DNA of 64,000 nucleotides from Bellilinea sp. GTDB taxonomy: Bacteria; Chloroflexota; Anaerolineae; Anaerolineales; Anaerolineaceae. The translations under genes were made by a program, and so were the position numbers. The stretch is taken from NCBI GenBank assembly GCA_039666315.1, contig JAVSME010000011.1, positions 19,971-83,970 on the forward strand, read 5' to 3'. This document shows positions 46,809 to 57,563 of this stretch, one piece after another; position 1 is the stretch's first letter; each line of letters begins with the position of its first letter. Under the pieces are notes generated by a model. It ran no database searches and had not been told where the DNA came from. It was given only the letters and a program-made list of their open reading frames with translations.

Positions 46809-48324
46809 ACACCAATACCTGGGGTGTATTCGTTACCACGAATAACTGATCCTGGTCGTTGAAATCCAATCCAAAAGCAACGCCGGGGATCTGGATGGCA
46901 CGCTGGTAGAGTCCGTTGGCGTCGAACACCTGGATGCCGTGGATATCACTGACGTACACACTGCCCTGTGAATTGACCGCCAGCGTGTTCAGGGCGCGGA
47001 ACATGCCTTTCCCGTCGCCGGCGGAGCCCCAGCGGTTAAGGTATTTGCCGGCTGGCGAGAATTTGTACACGCTGTCGGTGAATGCTCCGGTCAGATAGAA
47101 ATTGCCCAACCCGTCCACCGCCAGGCTGACCGATAGTTCGCTTTCCTCGGCAACCGATTCAATCGCGTTTTCGATTACCCACTCCATGAATCCGTTCGCG
47201 TCGAACAGGATCAGGTCGTCACCGTTGGCGGTGGCGGCCAGTTTTTCGTCCGACCGGACGCGAACATTGTCAATATACATGCCCGGCTGCTCGACGGGGG
47301 TCAGGGCTTTGCCGTTGCGGACATCGAAACGGTGGATTTTGCCCTCGTAAACCAGGTATAAAATACCGCTGCGGCTGACATCAATGGAATTAATGATCGG
47401 CTTGCGGTTTGGGCTGCTTTCGGACTGGATTGTCCAAAGGTTGAGAAACTTGCCCTGACTGTCGAAACGCTGAATGCGCCCGTCCTGATAATTGGCAACG
47501 TAGATATTGCCATCCGCATCCACAGCAATGTGGCGCGGGTCCTGGAATGTGCCATTGCCGATGCCCTCTTTGCCAAACGCCAGCACTACCGGGTTGCGGG
47601 AAAATGGGTTGGTTTTCAGCCACCAACCCTCCAGCGGACCGTTGTTGGATACCAGCGCCCAGAAGATGATTCCACCGGTCAACAGTAGGATTGCCAGGGT
47701 GATGATCAAGGAAATGCAGCCGATGCCGCCGGTGATTTTAGCAGCCGTCTTTACCCCGCTGTTTACACTGACGATTTGTTGGTGCGCGCTTGCGGCTGGC
47801 GCGCCGATGAAAGCGCTCGCCATTTTCATGCCCTGCACTGCCAGACGGGCGGTATCCGCATCGCTGCCGGTGTAGCCGCGATACCGTTCGATCGCTTCCG
47901 TGTCGTTACCGGCGCGAATCAGGTTCATCAGGTCCTCGGCGGCTGCGCCTTGCAGAGAGACCATTTGGGGTGAAAAACGATCCTCCAACCCGGTGACCTG
48001 AACCATTTTACCTGCCTGCATCTGGCGGGTGATACTGCCGGCTTCGCTTTCATCCACGCCCAGGGTTTCCTGGAGCAGGCGCGCGGCTTGCTCGCTTTTT
48101 CCGGCGCGGATCAACGCAGCAGCCTGGCGCAGACCGTTGGTCAGATTGGGCAAAGATAAAAAGGTCTCCTGCGGGGTCAGGATGGCTTCGGCAAAATTGC
48201 CGCCGCGCAATTCGGCTGGAACGATGACGCTGGAGTGGCAATACCCGCACGAGATGGTACGTTGGTCGCCGCCCGCGTAGTGCAGCGGCGCGCCGCAGTT
48301 GGGACAATGAAAGGATTGGCTCAT
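46795..48324 (-). CDS. Membrane protein: zinc ribbon, repeated helical module, TM, NHL beta-propeller
   Basis: CPNCGAPL...CGYC, TM helix, NHL repeats (FQDPRHIAVDADGNIYVA...IQRFD..GKFL). Confidence 0.82.
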   Translation of the reverse strand: MSQSFHCPNCGAPLHYAGGDQRTISCGYCHSSVIVPAELRGGNFAEAILTPQETFLSLPNLTNGLRQAAALIRAGKSEQAARLLQETLGVDESEAGSITRQMQAGKMVQVTGLEDRFSPQMVSLQGAAAEDLMNLIRAGNDTEAIERYRGYTGSDADTARLAVQGMKMASAFIGAPAASAHQQIVSVNSGVKTAAKITGGIGCISLIITLAILLLTGGIIFWALVSNNGPLEGWWLKTNPFSRNPVVLAFGKEGIGNGTFQDPRHIAVDADGNIYVANYQDGRIQRFDSQGKFLNLWTIQSESSPNRKPIINSIDVSRSGILYLVYEGKIHRFDVRNGKALTPVEQPGMYIDNVRVRSDEKLAATANGDDLILFDANGFMEWVIENAIESVAEESELSVSLAVDGLGNFYLTGAFTDSVYKFSPAGKYLNRWGSAGDGKGMFRALNTLAVNSQGSVYVSDIHGIQVFDANGLYQRAIQIPGVAFGLDFNDQDQLFVVTNTPQVLVFNLP

Positions 48325-48338
48325 CTTGGTTTCCTTTG

Positions 48339-49772
48339 TTACTCGCCCTGACCCAGTGAATACGCCCGTTCACCCTCAAAGGTATACAGATTTTCGGTTT
48401 TGATGATCTGAAACCCCGCCTGGTGCAGGTTGTGGAGCAGTTCCAGGACGCGGGAAAATTCAACCTCTTCCGTTGCGCCGAAGCGGCAGCGCCAGTGATC
48501 GGTGCGAAAGGTCTCCGGAAAGCCGCCCGGATAAACCTTGACCCCGCGATTGGTGATCAGATGCAGCGGCAGCGCGGGCAGGCTGAGCGATTCCAGTTGT
48601 TTACCCAAAACCTGTGGGTCGCGTTCGTGGTCAGTCCATTCCAGGTAGATGTCCACCCCAACCAGCGCTTTGCAGCACAGGGGAGCGCTTTGCAGCGGCG
48701 GCATGTGGAATCCGCCGCTGTGAAAATGGGCTGGTGACAGGAAGTTCGGCAGTTGTCCCAACCGGTCAATCACTGCCCGGGCAAATTGCTGGCTGCCGGC
48801 GCGCTGCTGGCTGAAGCCCTCGCGGTAGATATCTATGGTATGCACACCGTCCTCCAGCGCGCGCAGCCAGGCGTTGTGAATTGCCTGGGCGGGATCGGAA
48901 TGCCCCAGATGCACCAACATTTGCACGGCTGCTTGCAGCAACCCGGATGGGTTGGCAATTCCCTTGCCGGCAATGTCCGGGGCAGAGCCGTGGATGGCTT
49001 CGAACATGGCGAAATCGCGCCCAATGTTAGCGGAACCTGCCAGCCCGACCGAACCCGCCACCTGGGCAGCCACATCCGAGAGGATATCCCCGTACAGGTT
49101 GGGGGTGACGATAACGTCCAACGTTTCCGGCTGGGCGGCTACGCGGGCGGTGCCAATGTCAATGATCTGGTGATCGGCTTGCAGGTCGGGGTAATCGGCG
49201 GCGATTTCCTTGAACAAACGGTGGAACAAGCCATCGGTGATCTTCATGATGTTGTCTTTGGTCATGCAGGTCACCCGGCGGCGCCCGTAGGCGCGGGCGT
49301 ACTCGAAGGCAAAGCGGATGATGCTCTCGCTGCCCGGGCGGCTGATCAGTTTAAGAACCTGGGTGACTTCGCCGGTTTGCTGGTATTCAATTCCGCCGTA
49401 CAGGTCTTCTTCATTTTCGCGGATTACAACCAGGTCCATGCTGGGGAAGGCGGAGGCAACGAAAGGGGCGTAGGCTTTGCACGGGCGGATGTTGGCAAAC
49501 AATCCCAGCGATTTGCGCAGGGTAACGTTGATGCTTTTAAATCCGCTGCCCTGGGGAGTGGTGATGGGGGCTTTGAGCAGAACGCGGTTGCGGCGAATGA
49601 TCTCCCAGGCTGAGTCGGGGATGCCGGAGGATATCCCCTGGCGAAAAACGTTCTCACCGATTTCGACTTCATCGTATTGCAGGGGAGCGCCGCTTGCTGC
49701 CAGAATGGTTAGAACGGCTTCCATGATTTCCGGTCCAATGCCGTCGCCGCGGGCAATCGTGATTCGACTCAT
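48339..49772 (-). CDS. icd: NADP-dependent isocitrate dehydrogenase with C-terminal extension
   Basis: GDGIGPEI, LKAPITTPQG.G.KS.NVT.RK, RENEEDLY, NLYGDILSD, EAIHGSAPDIAG, NRGVKVYP extension. Confidence 0.93.
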   Translation of the reverse strand: MSRITIARGDGIGPEIMEAVLTILAASGAPLQYDEVEIGENVFRQGISSGIPDSAWEIIRRNRVLLKAPITTPQGSGFKSINVTLRKSLGLFANIRPCKAYAPFVASAFPSMDLVVIRENEEDLYGGIEYQQTGEVTQVLKLISRPGSESIIRFAFEYARAYGRRRVTCMTKDNIMKITDGLFHRLFKEIAADYPDLQADHQIIDIGTARVAAQPETLDVIVTPNLYGDILSDVAAQVAGSVGLAGSANIGRDFAMFEAIHGSAPDIAGKGIANPSGLLQAAVQMLVHLGHSDPAQAIHNAWLRALEDGVHTIDIYREGFSQQRAGSQQFARAVIDRLGQLPNFLSPAHFHSGGFHMPPLQSAPLCCKALVGVDIYLEWTDHERDPQVLGKQLESLSLPALPLHLITNRGVKVYPGGFPETFRTDHWRCRFGATEEVEFSRVLELLHNLHQAGFQIIKTENLYTFEGERAYSLGQGE

Positions 49773-50051
49773 TTCTCCCATCCTTGATCTTGATTGGCAC
49801 AGGTTGTTGGCACTATGATACCGTTTTGCGCCTGATTTTTCCACTTCGGGAGGCGGTTTTTGCGGGTGAAAGCAAAAATCATTCGGTTGATGATCTGTCC
49901 TCATCCTATCTAAAAGGAAAGTTGAAGGCACACTTCCCGGTCGGTCGTGGTTGGTTAAGTGCGGCGATCCCGCAATGAATTGTTAATTTCCTAACCATTT
50001 CGTAGGGATTTTGTAAGCCCGCTTGCGGCAGGTGGACTATATAATGGGGAT

Positions 50052-51134
50052 ATGCGTTTTCGCCGGGCGGGCATCATTCACACCGTTATCCTTTTGGGAG
50101 TTGCGGCTGCCGCGGCGCTGCTGACAGGTTGCAACGGCGGCGTTCCGGGTTCGTGGCTGTTGACTCCCGCCGACCAGCCGCTGGAGATCAGCGCAACCGC
50201 GCTGCTTGAACCCAGCCTGACGGCGACCTTGCCCGAACCACCCACCGATTCCCCCCCGCCGGTAACGCTGCTGCCCGAAAGCAATATGACGCCCGAGCCG
50301 ACGCTGACCGCCAGCGCGACTTCGAGCGCCACGCTCGAACCGACTATCGCCGGGACGCCCACCTTCGGTCCCAGCCCGACCCGCACGCGCGCGCCCACCC
50401 GCACCCGCTTCCCCAGCCGTACGCCAACCCCCAGCCGCACGCCGACGGTCACCCAGACTGCCACACCGCCGCTGGCGAATATGCGCATCCAGCGACCCGG
50501 TCCGTATTCCAAAATTTCGTCCCCGATCGAATTTCAGGCGTTGGTCAGTCCTGGGGACGATGGATTCATCTACCTTGAACTGGTGGGCGAAGATGGACGC
50601 ATGATTACCCGTCAGGCGCTGGATTACCGTTCCTTCCGCAACCGCTATTTTTTCATCAACCCGGAAGTGCCTTTTGAGATTCTTTCCGCGGCGGAAACCG
50701 CCCGCCTGACTATGCGGGTGGAAGACCGCTTCCAACGCCCGATTTACATCGCCTCGGTTGACCTGGTACTCATGCGCCTGGGCAGGGATGAAATCACCCC
50801 GGCTATGATCGTTCAGGAACCTTACCTGGTGCGCTCGCCTCGCAATGGGGAAACTGTTGGCGGGGGAGTGGTGCGGGTGATTGGGTTGGCGCGGCTGATC
50901 AACGACCAGCCGTTGATCTTCGACCTGGTTGATGAACAGGGCAGGCTGGTGGGCAGCGCCGCGTTAGAACATTCGCGGCCTTACGGTGACCTGAGCCACG
51001 TCCCTTATGAAGTATTTATCCCCTACACGGTGGAGAGCGACACCGGCGCGCGCCTGATCATCCGCCAGGAATCCGGCACGCGCATTCCCGGCACGGTCTG
51101 GTTGAGCAGTCTGCTGTTGACCTTGCAGCCTTAA
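50052..51134 (+). CDS. Pro/Thr-rich lipoprotein with two Ig-like (Gmad2-like) modules
   Basis: Lipobox LLTGC, PT-rich linker, two 'I..P..G..(I/V)' beta modules. Confidence 0.65.
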   Translation: MRFRRAGIIHTVILLGVAAAAALLTGCNGGVPGSWLLTPADQPLEISATALLEPSLTATLPEPPTDSPPPVTLLPESNMTPEPTLTASATSSATLEPTIAGTPTFGPSPTRTRAPTRTRFPSRTPTPSRTPTVTQTATPPLANMRIQRPGPYSKISSPIEFQALVSPGDDGFIYLELVGEDGRMITRQALDYRSFRNRYFFINPEVPFEILSAAETARLTMRVEDRFQRPIYIASVDLVLMRLGRDEITPAMIVQEPYLVRSPRNGETVGGGVVRVIGLARLINDQPLIFDLVDEQGRLVGSAALEHSRPYGDLSHVPYEVFIPYTVESDTGARLIIRQESGTRIPGTVWLSSLLLTLQP

Positions 51135-51856
51135 ACGGCGGTTAATTCATCGTAGCGGGGAAAAGCGCGCAGCGCGTCCAAATCGGGGTCTTGCTTTGCC
51201 CAGGTAATTAACTCTGGTTTAAGGCGGAACGCTTCGGCGAGATAATCGAATGCCTTTTGTGGGTCGCTTCCGCCTGCCAGCAGGCAGGCGATATCATAAT
51301 ACAGTACGCCACGCGCCTCTTCACTGTGATCGAGATGGATGAGATCCTGCGCGGCTTGTTCCTGCAAACGGTCAGCCCGCGGGCTGTCGCCAAGCGCCTG
51401 ATATGTTTGCCTCAGGTGATGGATAACGTGGATGTAGCCATTGCCTAACAGGTAGGACATCAACGGAATGCCGTTGCGCCAGGGAAAGCGGTTGGGGTGA
51501 ATCAGATCCTTATCTTCGAAGCGTTTAAGCGCATCCAGCAAGGCTGCCAGGGTGCTCTCTGCCTCGCGCAGCAAACTCCGGAGTGGGATGGATCGTTTTT
51601 CGAAAAAGACCTCGCGATTGACCTGATCGTAAGGCGGATATTCTGGCGGTGGCTGGTTGCGAGCGGCGTACGCCAGAGTCTCGACCGCGCGCCGCCGCCA
51701 GTAGGTGGTGTGGGCAAGCGAGTCCTTTGGCGCCCATTTGTCAAATGTGCCTTCGGCTGTTCGTTCGCCTTCGCTCAGGTAGTGAATAAGATCCAACTCC
51801 GCCTGGTAGGCTTTGCGCAGCAAGGCGGACAATTGATCAATCAGTTTTCTGCTCAT
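51131..51856 (-). CDS. DinB/ClbS-like four-helix protein with C-terminal TPR
   Basis: W.PKD.LAH..YW, H...H, YYDIAC...A..YL..A......WA..DPDL..LR. Confidence 0.7.
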   Translation of the reverse strand: MSRKLIDQLSALLRKAYQAELDLIHYLSEGERTAEGTFDKWAPKDSLAHTTYWRRRAVETLAYAARNQPPPEYPPYDQVNREVFFEKRSIPLRSLLREAESTLAALLDALKRFEDKDLIHPNRFPWRNGIPLMSYLLGNGYIHVIHHLRQTYQALGDSPRADRLQEQAAQDLIHLDHSEEARGVLYYDIACLLAGGSDPQKAFDYLAEAFRLKPELITWAKQDPDLDALRAFPRYDELTAV

Positions 51857-51909
51857 GATTTTTCCTTTATTTATTTCCTGCGGGGGGATTAATCACGAAA
51901 TCCAATCCG

Positions 51910-52329
51910 TCATTCACCAATGATCTTTACCAATACCCTTTTCCGCCGCCGCCCGTCGAATTCCCCGTAAAAGATTTGCTCCCAGGGACCAAAATCCAGT
52001 TTGCCGCCGGTGACTGCCACAACTACTTCGCGTCCCATCACCTGGCGCTTGAGGTGCGCATCGGCGTTATCCTCGCCGGTATTGTTGTGACGGTACTGGT
52101 TGACCGGCTCGTGCGGAGCAAGGTTTTCCAGCCATTTTTCGTAATCATGGTGCAGCCCGGATTCGTCGTCGTTGATGAACACCGAGGCGGTAATGTGCAT
52201 GGCATTGACCAGGCATAGCCCTTCGCGGATGCCGCTCTCGCGCAGGCAAGCCTCTATCTGAGCGGTGATGTTGATAAACCCCCTTCGCGTTGGCAGGTGG
52301 AACCACAGTTCTTTGCGGAAACTATGCAT
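51910..52329 (-). CDS. yjbQ: YjbQ/UPF0047 family protein
   Basis: [42 protein letters not shown]. Confidence 0.9.
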   Translation of the reverse strand: MHSFRKELWFHLPTRRGFINITAQIEACLRESGIREGLCLVNAMHITASVFINDDESGLHHDYEKWLENLAPHEPVNQYRHNNTGEDNADAHLKRQVMGREVVVAVTGGKLDFGPWEQIFYGEFDGRRRKRVLVKIIGE

Positions 52330-52344
52330 CTCGAAATCCTTTCA

Positions 52345-54513
52345 CTAGGGGTTGTTTTTCCGCCGCTTGAGAAGTGTTTCCTGAACGTTGCAGGCTTCGG
52401 CGCTGTCGGCGGGTTTGGCGCGGCGATAACTGCCGTCAGGCTGCATCAGGCGGGCTTTAACGTTGTCCTTCAAATAGATTTCCAGAATGTCCTCGCGGAT
52501 CGAGCGGATCATGTGCGGGGTTTCGATCGGGAACAAGACTTCCACGCGCTGGTTGAGGTTGCGCGGCATCAAATCGGCGCTGCCCATGTAGATTTGCTCG
52601 TCGCCATTATTGTGAAAATAGTAAATCCGGCTGTGTTCCAGGAATCTGCCTAATATGCTGATGACGCGGATGTTCTCACTCAGGTTCTTAATTCCTGGCC
52701 GCAGGCAGCACATGCTGCGCGTGATCAGATCAATCTTAACCCCAGCCTGGGAAGCCCAGTACAGGTTTTGGATCATTGGCTGGTCCACGATGGCGTTCAT
52801 TTTAAAAATTAGCCGCCCGTTGCCGTATTTGCGCTGGTGTTCGATCTCGCGGAGGATCATGGCTTCGAACCGTTGGCGCAAATTGATGGGAGCAACCAGC
52901 AGTTTGCGATAATCTTCCTTGAGCGAGTAGCCGGTCAGGTAATTGAATAAATCGGTCGCATCGGCGGCTATATCCTCATCGCAGGTAAATAGCGAAAGGT
53001 CTTCATAAACCTGCGCCGTGATGTGGTTATAATTGCCTGTGCCCATATGAACATAGCGGCGGATGTGGTCGCCTTCGCGGCGGATGACCAGCGCGATCTT
53101 GGAGTGGGTTTTCAATCCAAGCAAACCATAGGTAACGTGCACGCCTTCCTGTTCCAGCAGTCTTGCCCAACCGATATTGCTTTCCTCATCAAAGCGGGCT
53201 TTGAGTTCGACCAACACCGCGACCTGTTTGCCGTAATCGCGGCGGGCTTGCAGCAAGGCTTTGACCACCGGCGAATTGGAACCAGTGCGATACAGAGTTT
53301 GCTTGATCGCCAGTACGCCGGGGTCGCGGGCTGCGGTGTGAAGAAAATCCACCACCGGGTTGAAGGAATCGTAAGGATGGTGCAGGAGAAAGTTCTCGCG
53401 CTGGAGGACGGTAAAAATTGCGTCTTCGTCCATATCGGCGGTAAAATGAAGCGCCGGGGGAGTATAGGGAATGAAAGGACGGTCTTTCAACTCGTGGCGT
53501 TCGATGCGCGTCAACTCCGAAATCGTGCGCAAGTTGAGCGGTGATTCGAGGACGTAAACATCATTGCGGTCCATCCGCAAGTTGGAAATCAGCATCTCTT
53601 TCAGGTTATCGGGGATGTCTTTGCGCACCATCAGGCGCACAACCGTGCCAAAGCGACGTTTGCGGACGCTTTCCTCGATAGTTTCCAGTAGATCGGCGGC
53701 TTCCAGTTCCTGAATTTCCATGTCCACATTGCGGGTGACGTGGAATAGGTGCGCGCCGAGCACTTTTAAACCGGGAAAAAGTTCATGCAGGTTCGCCATG
53801 ATTAAATCAGCCAGCCAAATGAAGTAATGATGGCGGGGAACAGTTCCATCCTTGCGCACACTGCCGGATGAACGCTTGATGGGTACCAGTTGCGGTAAAG
53901 TATCGGGCACTTTAACGCGCGCAAATCGCGGTTGTTTGTCTTTGCCTTCCAAAATGACTGCCAGGTTGAGGCTCAGATTGGAGATGTGCGGAAATGGATG
54001 CCCTGGATCAAACGCCAGCGGGGTTAGCACGGGGAACACGGTCTCATGGAAGTAAGCATAGGCGATTTGTTTTTGGCGGGCGGTCAGGTCTTTGTATAAA
54101 CGCACATGAATGCCGGCGTTATCCAATTCGGGCTGCAAGCGGCGGTTCCAGTATTCGCGCCCCTCAATGAGCAGTTTCAACGCTGATTTGCGGATTTCCA
54201 CCAACTGCTGAGCAGCTGTCAGACCATCAATTGACAGGTCTATCACGCCTTCGTCGCGCTGCAAAATCAAGCCGCCCACCCGCACCATGAAAAATTCATC
54301 CAGGTTGGAGCCCAGTATGCCCAGGAACTTTACCCGCTCCAACAGGGGGTTGGTGGGATCCATCGCTTCTTCCAGCACCCGGCGCTGGAATTCCAACATG
54401 CTCAGTTCGCGGTTGATGTAAAGGGCGGGATTCTTGAGATTGATCCCAATCCCTTCGGATTGGATTTGTTCTAGCATGAGTTTGACGCTCGCTTTCTTTT
54501 TATTTTTAACCAT
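52345..54513 (-). CDS. ppk1: Polyphosphate kinase 1
   Basis: NRELS.L.F..RVL, SNLDEFFMVRV, HHPYDSF, ELKARFDEE.NI, KTHSK, GRFLEHSR. Confidence 0.97.
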   Translation of the reverse strand: MVKNKKKASVKLMLEQIQSEGIGINLKNPALYINRELSMLEFQRRVLEEAMDPTNPLLERVKFLGILGSNLDEFFMVRVGGLILQRDEGVIDLSIDGLTAAQQLVEIRKSALKLLIEGREYWNRRLQPELDNAGIHVRLYKDLTARQKQIAYAYFHETVFPVLTPLAFDPGHPFPHISNLSLNLAVILEGKDKQPRFARVKVPDTLPQLVPIKRSSGSVRKDGTVPRHHYFIWLADLIMANLHELFPGLKVLGAHLFHVTRNVDMEIQELEAADLLETIEESVRKRRFGTVVRLMVRKDIPDNLKEMLISNLRMDRNDVYVLESPLNLRTISELTRIERHELKDRPFIPYTPPALHFTADMDEDAIFTVLQRENFLLHHPYDSFNPVVDFLHTAARDPGVLAIKQTLYRTGSNSPVVKALLQARRDYGKQVAVLVELKARFDEESNIGWARLLEQEGVHVTYGLLGLKTHSKIALVIRREGDHIRRYVHMGTGNYNHITAQVYEDLSLFTCDEDIAADATDLFNYLTGYSLKEDYRKLLVAPINLRQRFEAMILREIEHQRKYGNGRLIFKMNAIVDQPMIQNLYWASQAGVKIDLITRSMCCLRPGIKNLSENIRVISILGRFLEHSRIYYFHNNGDEQIYMGSADLMPRNLNQRVEVLFPIETPHMIRSIREDILEIYLKDNVKARLMQPDGSYRRAKPADSAEACNVQETLLKRRKNNP

Positions 54514-54654
54514 GCTTCCGCTTTGACCGTTGAGCAACGAAGATCGTTAAGGAGTCGTTCAGCCGCCCGGGTGGATGGCGCTTCGCTAATTTTTTAATTA
54601 TACCGAATCCGCGCTGACTTGGCATTCAACGGAAGCCATGCTCGCCGATAAAAA

Positions 54655-56616
54655 TTATTCCATTCCCGGAAGAGTTGCTTGCAATTGGCGATAGACTGCC
54701 GCTCTGTTGCGTCCCATCTCCTTTGCCTGATAGAGGGCTTTGTCTGCGCAATCTACCAAGTAGTCCAGGCTGACCGGTTTACCCGGCTCGAAGACGGATA
54801 CCCCCAGGCTGATGGTGATCACTGCGCGGCCCTTAGGCGTGGGGATGCTGATCTTTTCCACGGCGTGGCGCAGCCGTTCGGCGATCTGCATGGATTCGGC
54901 GACTCCGGTTTCGGGCAGCAGGATGATGAATTCCTCCCCGCCAAACCGCCCGATCGAATCGAAAACCCGCAAATTGCTTCGGCAGCGGCTCGCCAGCGCC
55001 TGCAATACCTGATCGCCAACCAGGTGGCCGAATAGATCATTGACCCACTTGAAATGGTCAATATCCAACAGAATGATTGCCATCTCACGGTCGTAGCGGT
55101 GCGAGCGTTCCAGTTCGGTTTGAGCCACATAATAAAAGTGCCGGCGGTTAAACACACCGGTGAGTGAATCGGTAATTGCCAGTTCGCGTAATTTTGCTTC
55201 GGCTTTGTTGCGCTCGGTTATATCGCGGAAAGAAAGCAGCCAGCCAAATTCCTTGCCTTCCACCCGGAAGGATGTGATTAAACAATCCAGAGTAAGACCC
55301 TGGTTGAGACCAACAACCACGTTCATTTGGTCAATTGGCGATTCGACCATGTTTTCAAGCGCAGTCAGGAATAAATTGGCATCGGACATTTTCTGAGCGA
55401 GGGCATCCAGCGGGCGCTGGTCAATGTTGTTTTGCCAGTTGGCGGGCAATTCGAAAAGATCAGCCATCCGCTGGTTATGGATTAGAACGTTCAACTGCTG
55501 GTCGAAAACCAGGATACCGGAGCCGGCTGAGTCAATGGTTGCCTGGATCAAAGCCATCGAGCGGCGCAGATGCAATTCAATTTGTTTCTGCTCGGTGATA
55601 TTATGCAGGGTAAGCACATAACCGTTCACTTCCCGTCCTTGCAGAGACAGGCGGTTGACTTTGACCTGGAAATGCTGGATGATGCCTTTAGCGGGAATGG
55701 ATAATTCGGTGATCTTGGTGGATTGGTCTATGCCAAAATCAGCCCAATTGGAAGCGAGCGGCAGCAGGGCATTGATATCCCGTGCGACCAAAGATTCGGG
55801 TTGGGCTGCCAGTAAACGATATGCTGCCGGATTAGCATCCATGATGCGGTTGCGCGGATCAACCACGATGACCGCATCCGCCATGTTTTCGAAGAGCATA
55901 TCACGCGCGATGGGGACAATATCGAGCAGATGATAGCGGAACAATGCCCACGCGATAACCAGGTTGCTGATGCCGAAGGTGATTGGGACAATATCATGCA
56001 GGAAAAAGGGAACGATCCTTAAGGCGGTAATGATGCTGGTGATCCAGGGAATGATGACGCCCAGTAACAAGATCCCAACCTGCGCGCGAAAGAGACGTGG
56101 AGCGGCAATGTACTTGACGATGAAAAATAACGTGCCGATCACAATCAGCGTGTACGCATAGATTGTGTACAGGTTGAACAGCGGACCATCCACAAACACC
56201 AACCGGTAGAACAGTTCTTCGCGCACCACCTGCGGATTGGTGCGGAAGAGACCGTGGATGCCATCCAGCCAGATGAACAACACCAAACCGCTGGTCAACA
56301 CGAACAGATAGCGCCAGTTGATGCGGTGGAAGGAGATCTGGCGGTAGTTATAATCCAGAGCAAAGCCGAGGTAAAAAACAGGCAGAGCGGCGGCGGCGAG
56401 GAACTGGATGTTGTTCCAAAACAGGACAGCTCCCAGCCCGCTGGCGTTGATCTGAAAAATATAGGCGCCAATCCAAACAGCCTGGCTGAATGCCATCCCA
56501 GCCAGGGCTTTTGAGGCGGAATCCTGCTTGCGGGTGCGGGCAAGCCAGCCAACCCAAATACAAATCGTCACCGATAACAGGTAGGGCAATAGAATAGAGA
56601 GGTATTTGAGGATCAT
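54655..56616 (-). CDS. Diguanylate cyclase: 7TM (HisKA_7TM-like), PAS, PAS, GGDEF
   Basis: Seven TM helices, DSLTG..NRR, DIDHFKWVND, RxxD I-site (RVFD) and intact GGEEF. Confidence 0.92.
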   Translation of the reverse strand: MILKYLSILLPYLLSVTICIWVGWLARTRKQDSASKALAGMAFSQAVWIGAYIFQINASGLGAVLFWNNIQFLAAAALPVFYLGFALDYNYRQISFHRINWRYLFVLTSGLVLFIWLDGIHGLFRTNPQVVREELFYRLVFVDGPLFNLYTIYAYTLIVIGTLFFIVKYIAAPRLFRAQVGILLLGVIIPWITSIITALRIVPFFLHDIVPITFGISNLVIAWALFRYHLLDIVPIARDMLFENMADAVIVVDPRNRIMDANPAAYRLLAAQPESLVARDINALLPLASNWADFGIDQSTKITELSIPAKGIIQHFQVKVNRLSLQGREVNGYVLTLHNITEQKQIELHLRRSMALIQATIDSAGSGILVFDQQLNVLIHNQRMADLFELPANWQNNIDQRPLDALAQKMSDANLFLTALENMVESPIDQMNVVVGLNQGLTLDCLITSFRVEGKEFGWLLSFRDITERNKAEAKLRELAITDSLTGVFNRRHFYYVAQTELERSHRYDREMAIILLDIDHFKWVNDLFGHLVGDQVLQALASRCRSNLRVFDSIGRFGGEEFIILLPETGVAESMQIAERLRHAVEKISIPTPKGRAVITISLGVSVFEPGKPVSLDYLVDCADKALYQAKEMGRNRAAVYRQLQATLPGME

Positions 56617-56706
56617 TGAGGTTTATCGGGGCTAACAGGAATGGCTAATTATAATGATAACCGATTTGTTTTGGGTTTTATTTAATGGATTTGCAAACTA
56701 AATTTG

Positions 56707-56752
56707 TTGACAGATCGAATAAAACCGTTATAATGGTGTTGTAAGTACACTA
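56707..56752 (+). promoter_or_regulatory. Sigma-70 promoter with overlapping NrtR-like operator
   Basis: TTGACA (56707), 16 bp spacer, TATAAT (56729), then TGGTGT-N7-ACACTA (56734-56752). Confidence 0.6.
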
Positions 56753-56816
56753 AATACGGCGATGCCGTTTTATTTTTTCAACCTGCTTGGTGTTACAGGC
56801 ACATAAAGGAGTGAAG

Positions 56817-57524
56817 ATGTCTCTGCCGCTGGCTGAACGTTCACGCCAATTTCTGGATTTTATCGAGGGTTGGGTTGCCAATTTGCCGGTAATGTTGCTG
56901 CAAGATGCTGCCCCGCATCCGGAACGGGCAGCAATCCTCTCGGTGGATGTAATCGAAGGCTTTTGCCGCGTTGGACCATTAGCCAGCCCACGGGTGGCAG
57001 CGATCGTGCAGCCAATTACTACCCTGTTCATCCACGCCTGGGAGCATGGCATTCGGCGCATTATCCTGACCCAGGATGCGCACGAAGCGGAGGCAGTGGA
57101 ATTTGCATCCTGGCCGCCCCATTGCGTGCGCGGAACACCCGAAGCGCAAACCGTTGCCGAATTCAAAGCGCTGCCGTTTTTCGATCAGATCGTTGTGCTG
57201 GAAAAGAATTCAATCTCCAGCGGCTTGAACACCGGCTTGGATGCCTGGCTGCAAGCACACCCGCAGGTGGATACGTTCATCGTCGTCGGGGATTGTACCG
57301 ATTTGTGCACTTACCAGTTGGCGATGCACCTGCGTTTGGATGCCAATGCCCGCCAAAAACACCGCCGCGTCATTGTGCCTGCCAACGCGGTGGATACTTA
57401 TGACCGAACGGTGACAACCGCCCGGGAACAGGGCGGGCTGCCCCACGATGGCGATCTGCTGCACGCGGTTTTTTTGTACCATATCGCTCTGAACGGCATC
57501 GAGGTGGTGGCAAGGATCGAATAA
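56817..57524 (+). CDS. pncA: Isochorismatase-family cysteine hydrolase, probable nicotinamidase
   Basis: VD..EGF, DAH and WPPHC metal site, K (LEKNS), GDCTDLC. AAGGAG RBS. Confidence 0.72.
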   Translation: MSLPLAERSRQFLDFIEGWVANLPVMLLQDAAPHPERAAILSVDVIEGFCRVGPLASPRVAAIVQPITTLFIHAWEHGIRRIILTQDAHEAEAVEFASWPPHCVRGTPEAQTVAEFKALPFFDQIVVLEKNSISSGLNTGLDAWLQAHPQVDTFIVVGDCTDLCTYQLAMHLRLDANARQKHRRVIVPANAVDTYDRTVTTAREQGGLPHDGDLLHAVFLYHIALNGIEVVARIE

Positions 57525-57563
57525 GCGCCGCACTTCGAGCCTGTGTTTGCCCGTTTTCCAAAT

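Noticed and set aside
50280-50470. Pro/Thr/Arg low-complexity repeats as a DNA repeat element
   Set aside because: They encode an ordinary lipoprotein linker and are not exact nucleotide repeats.
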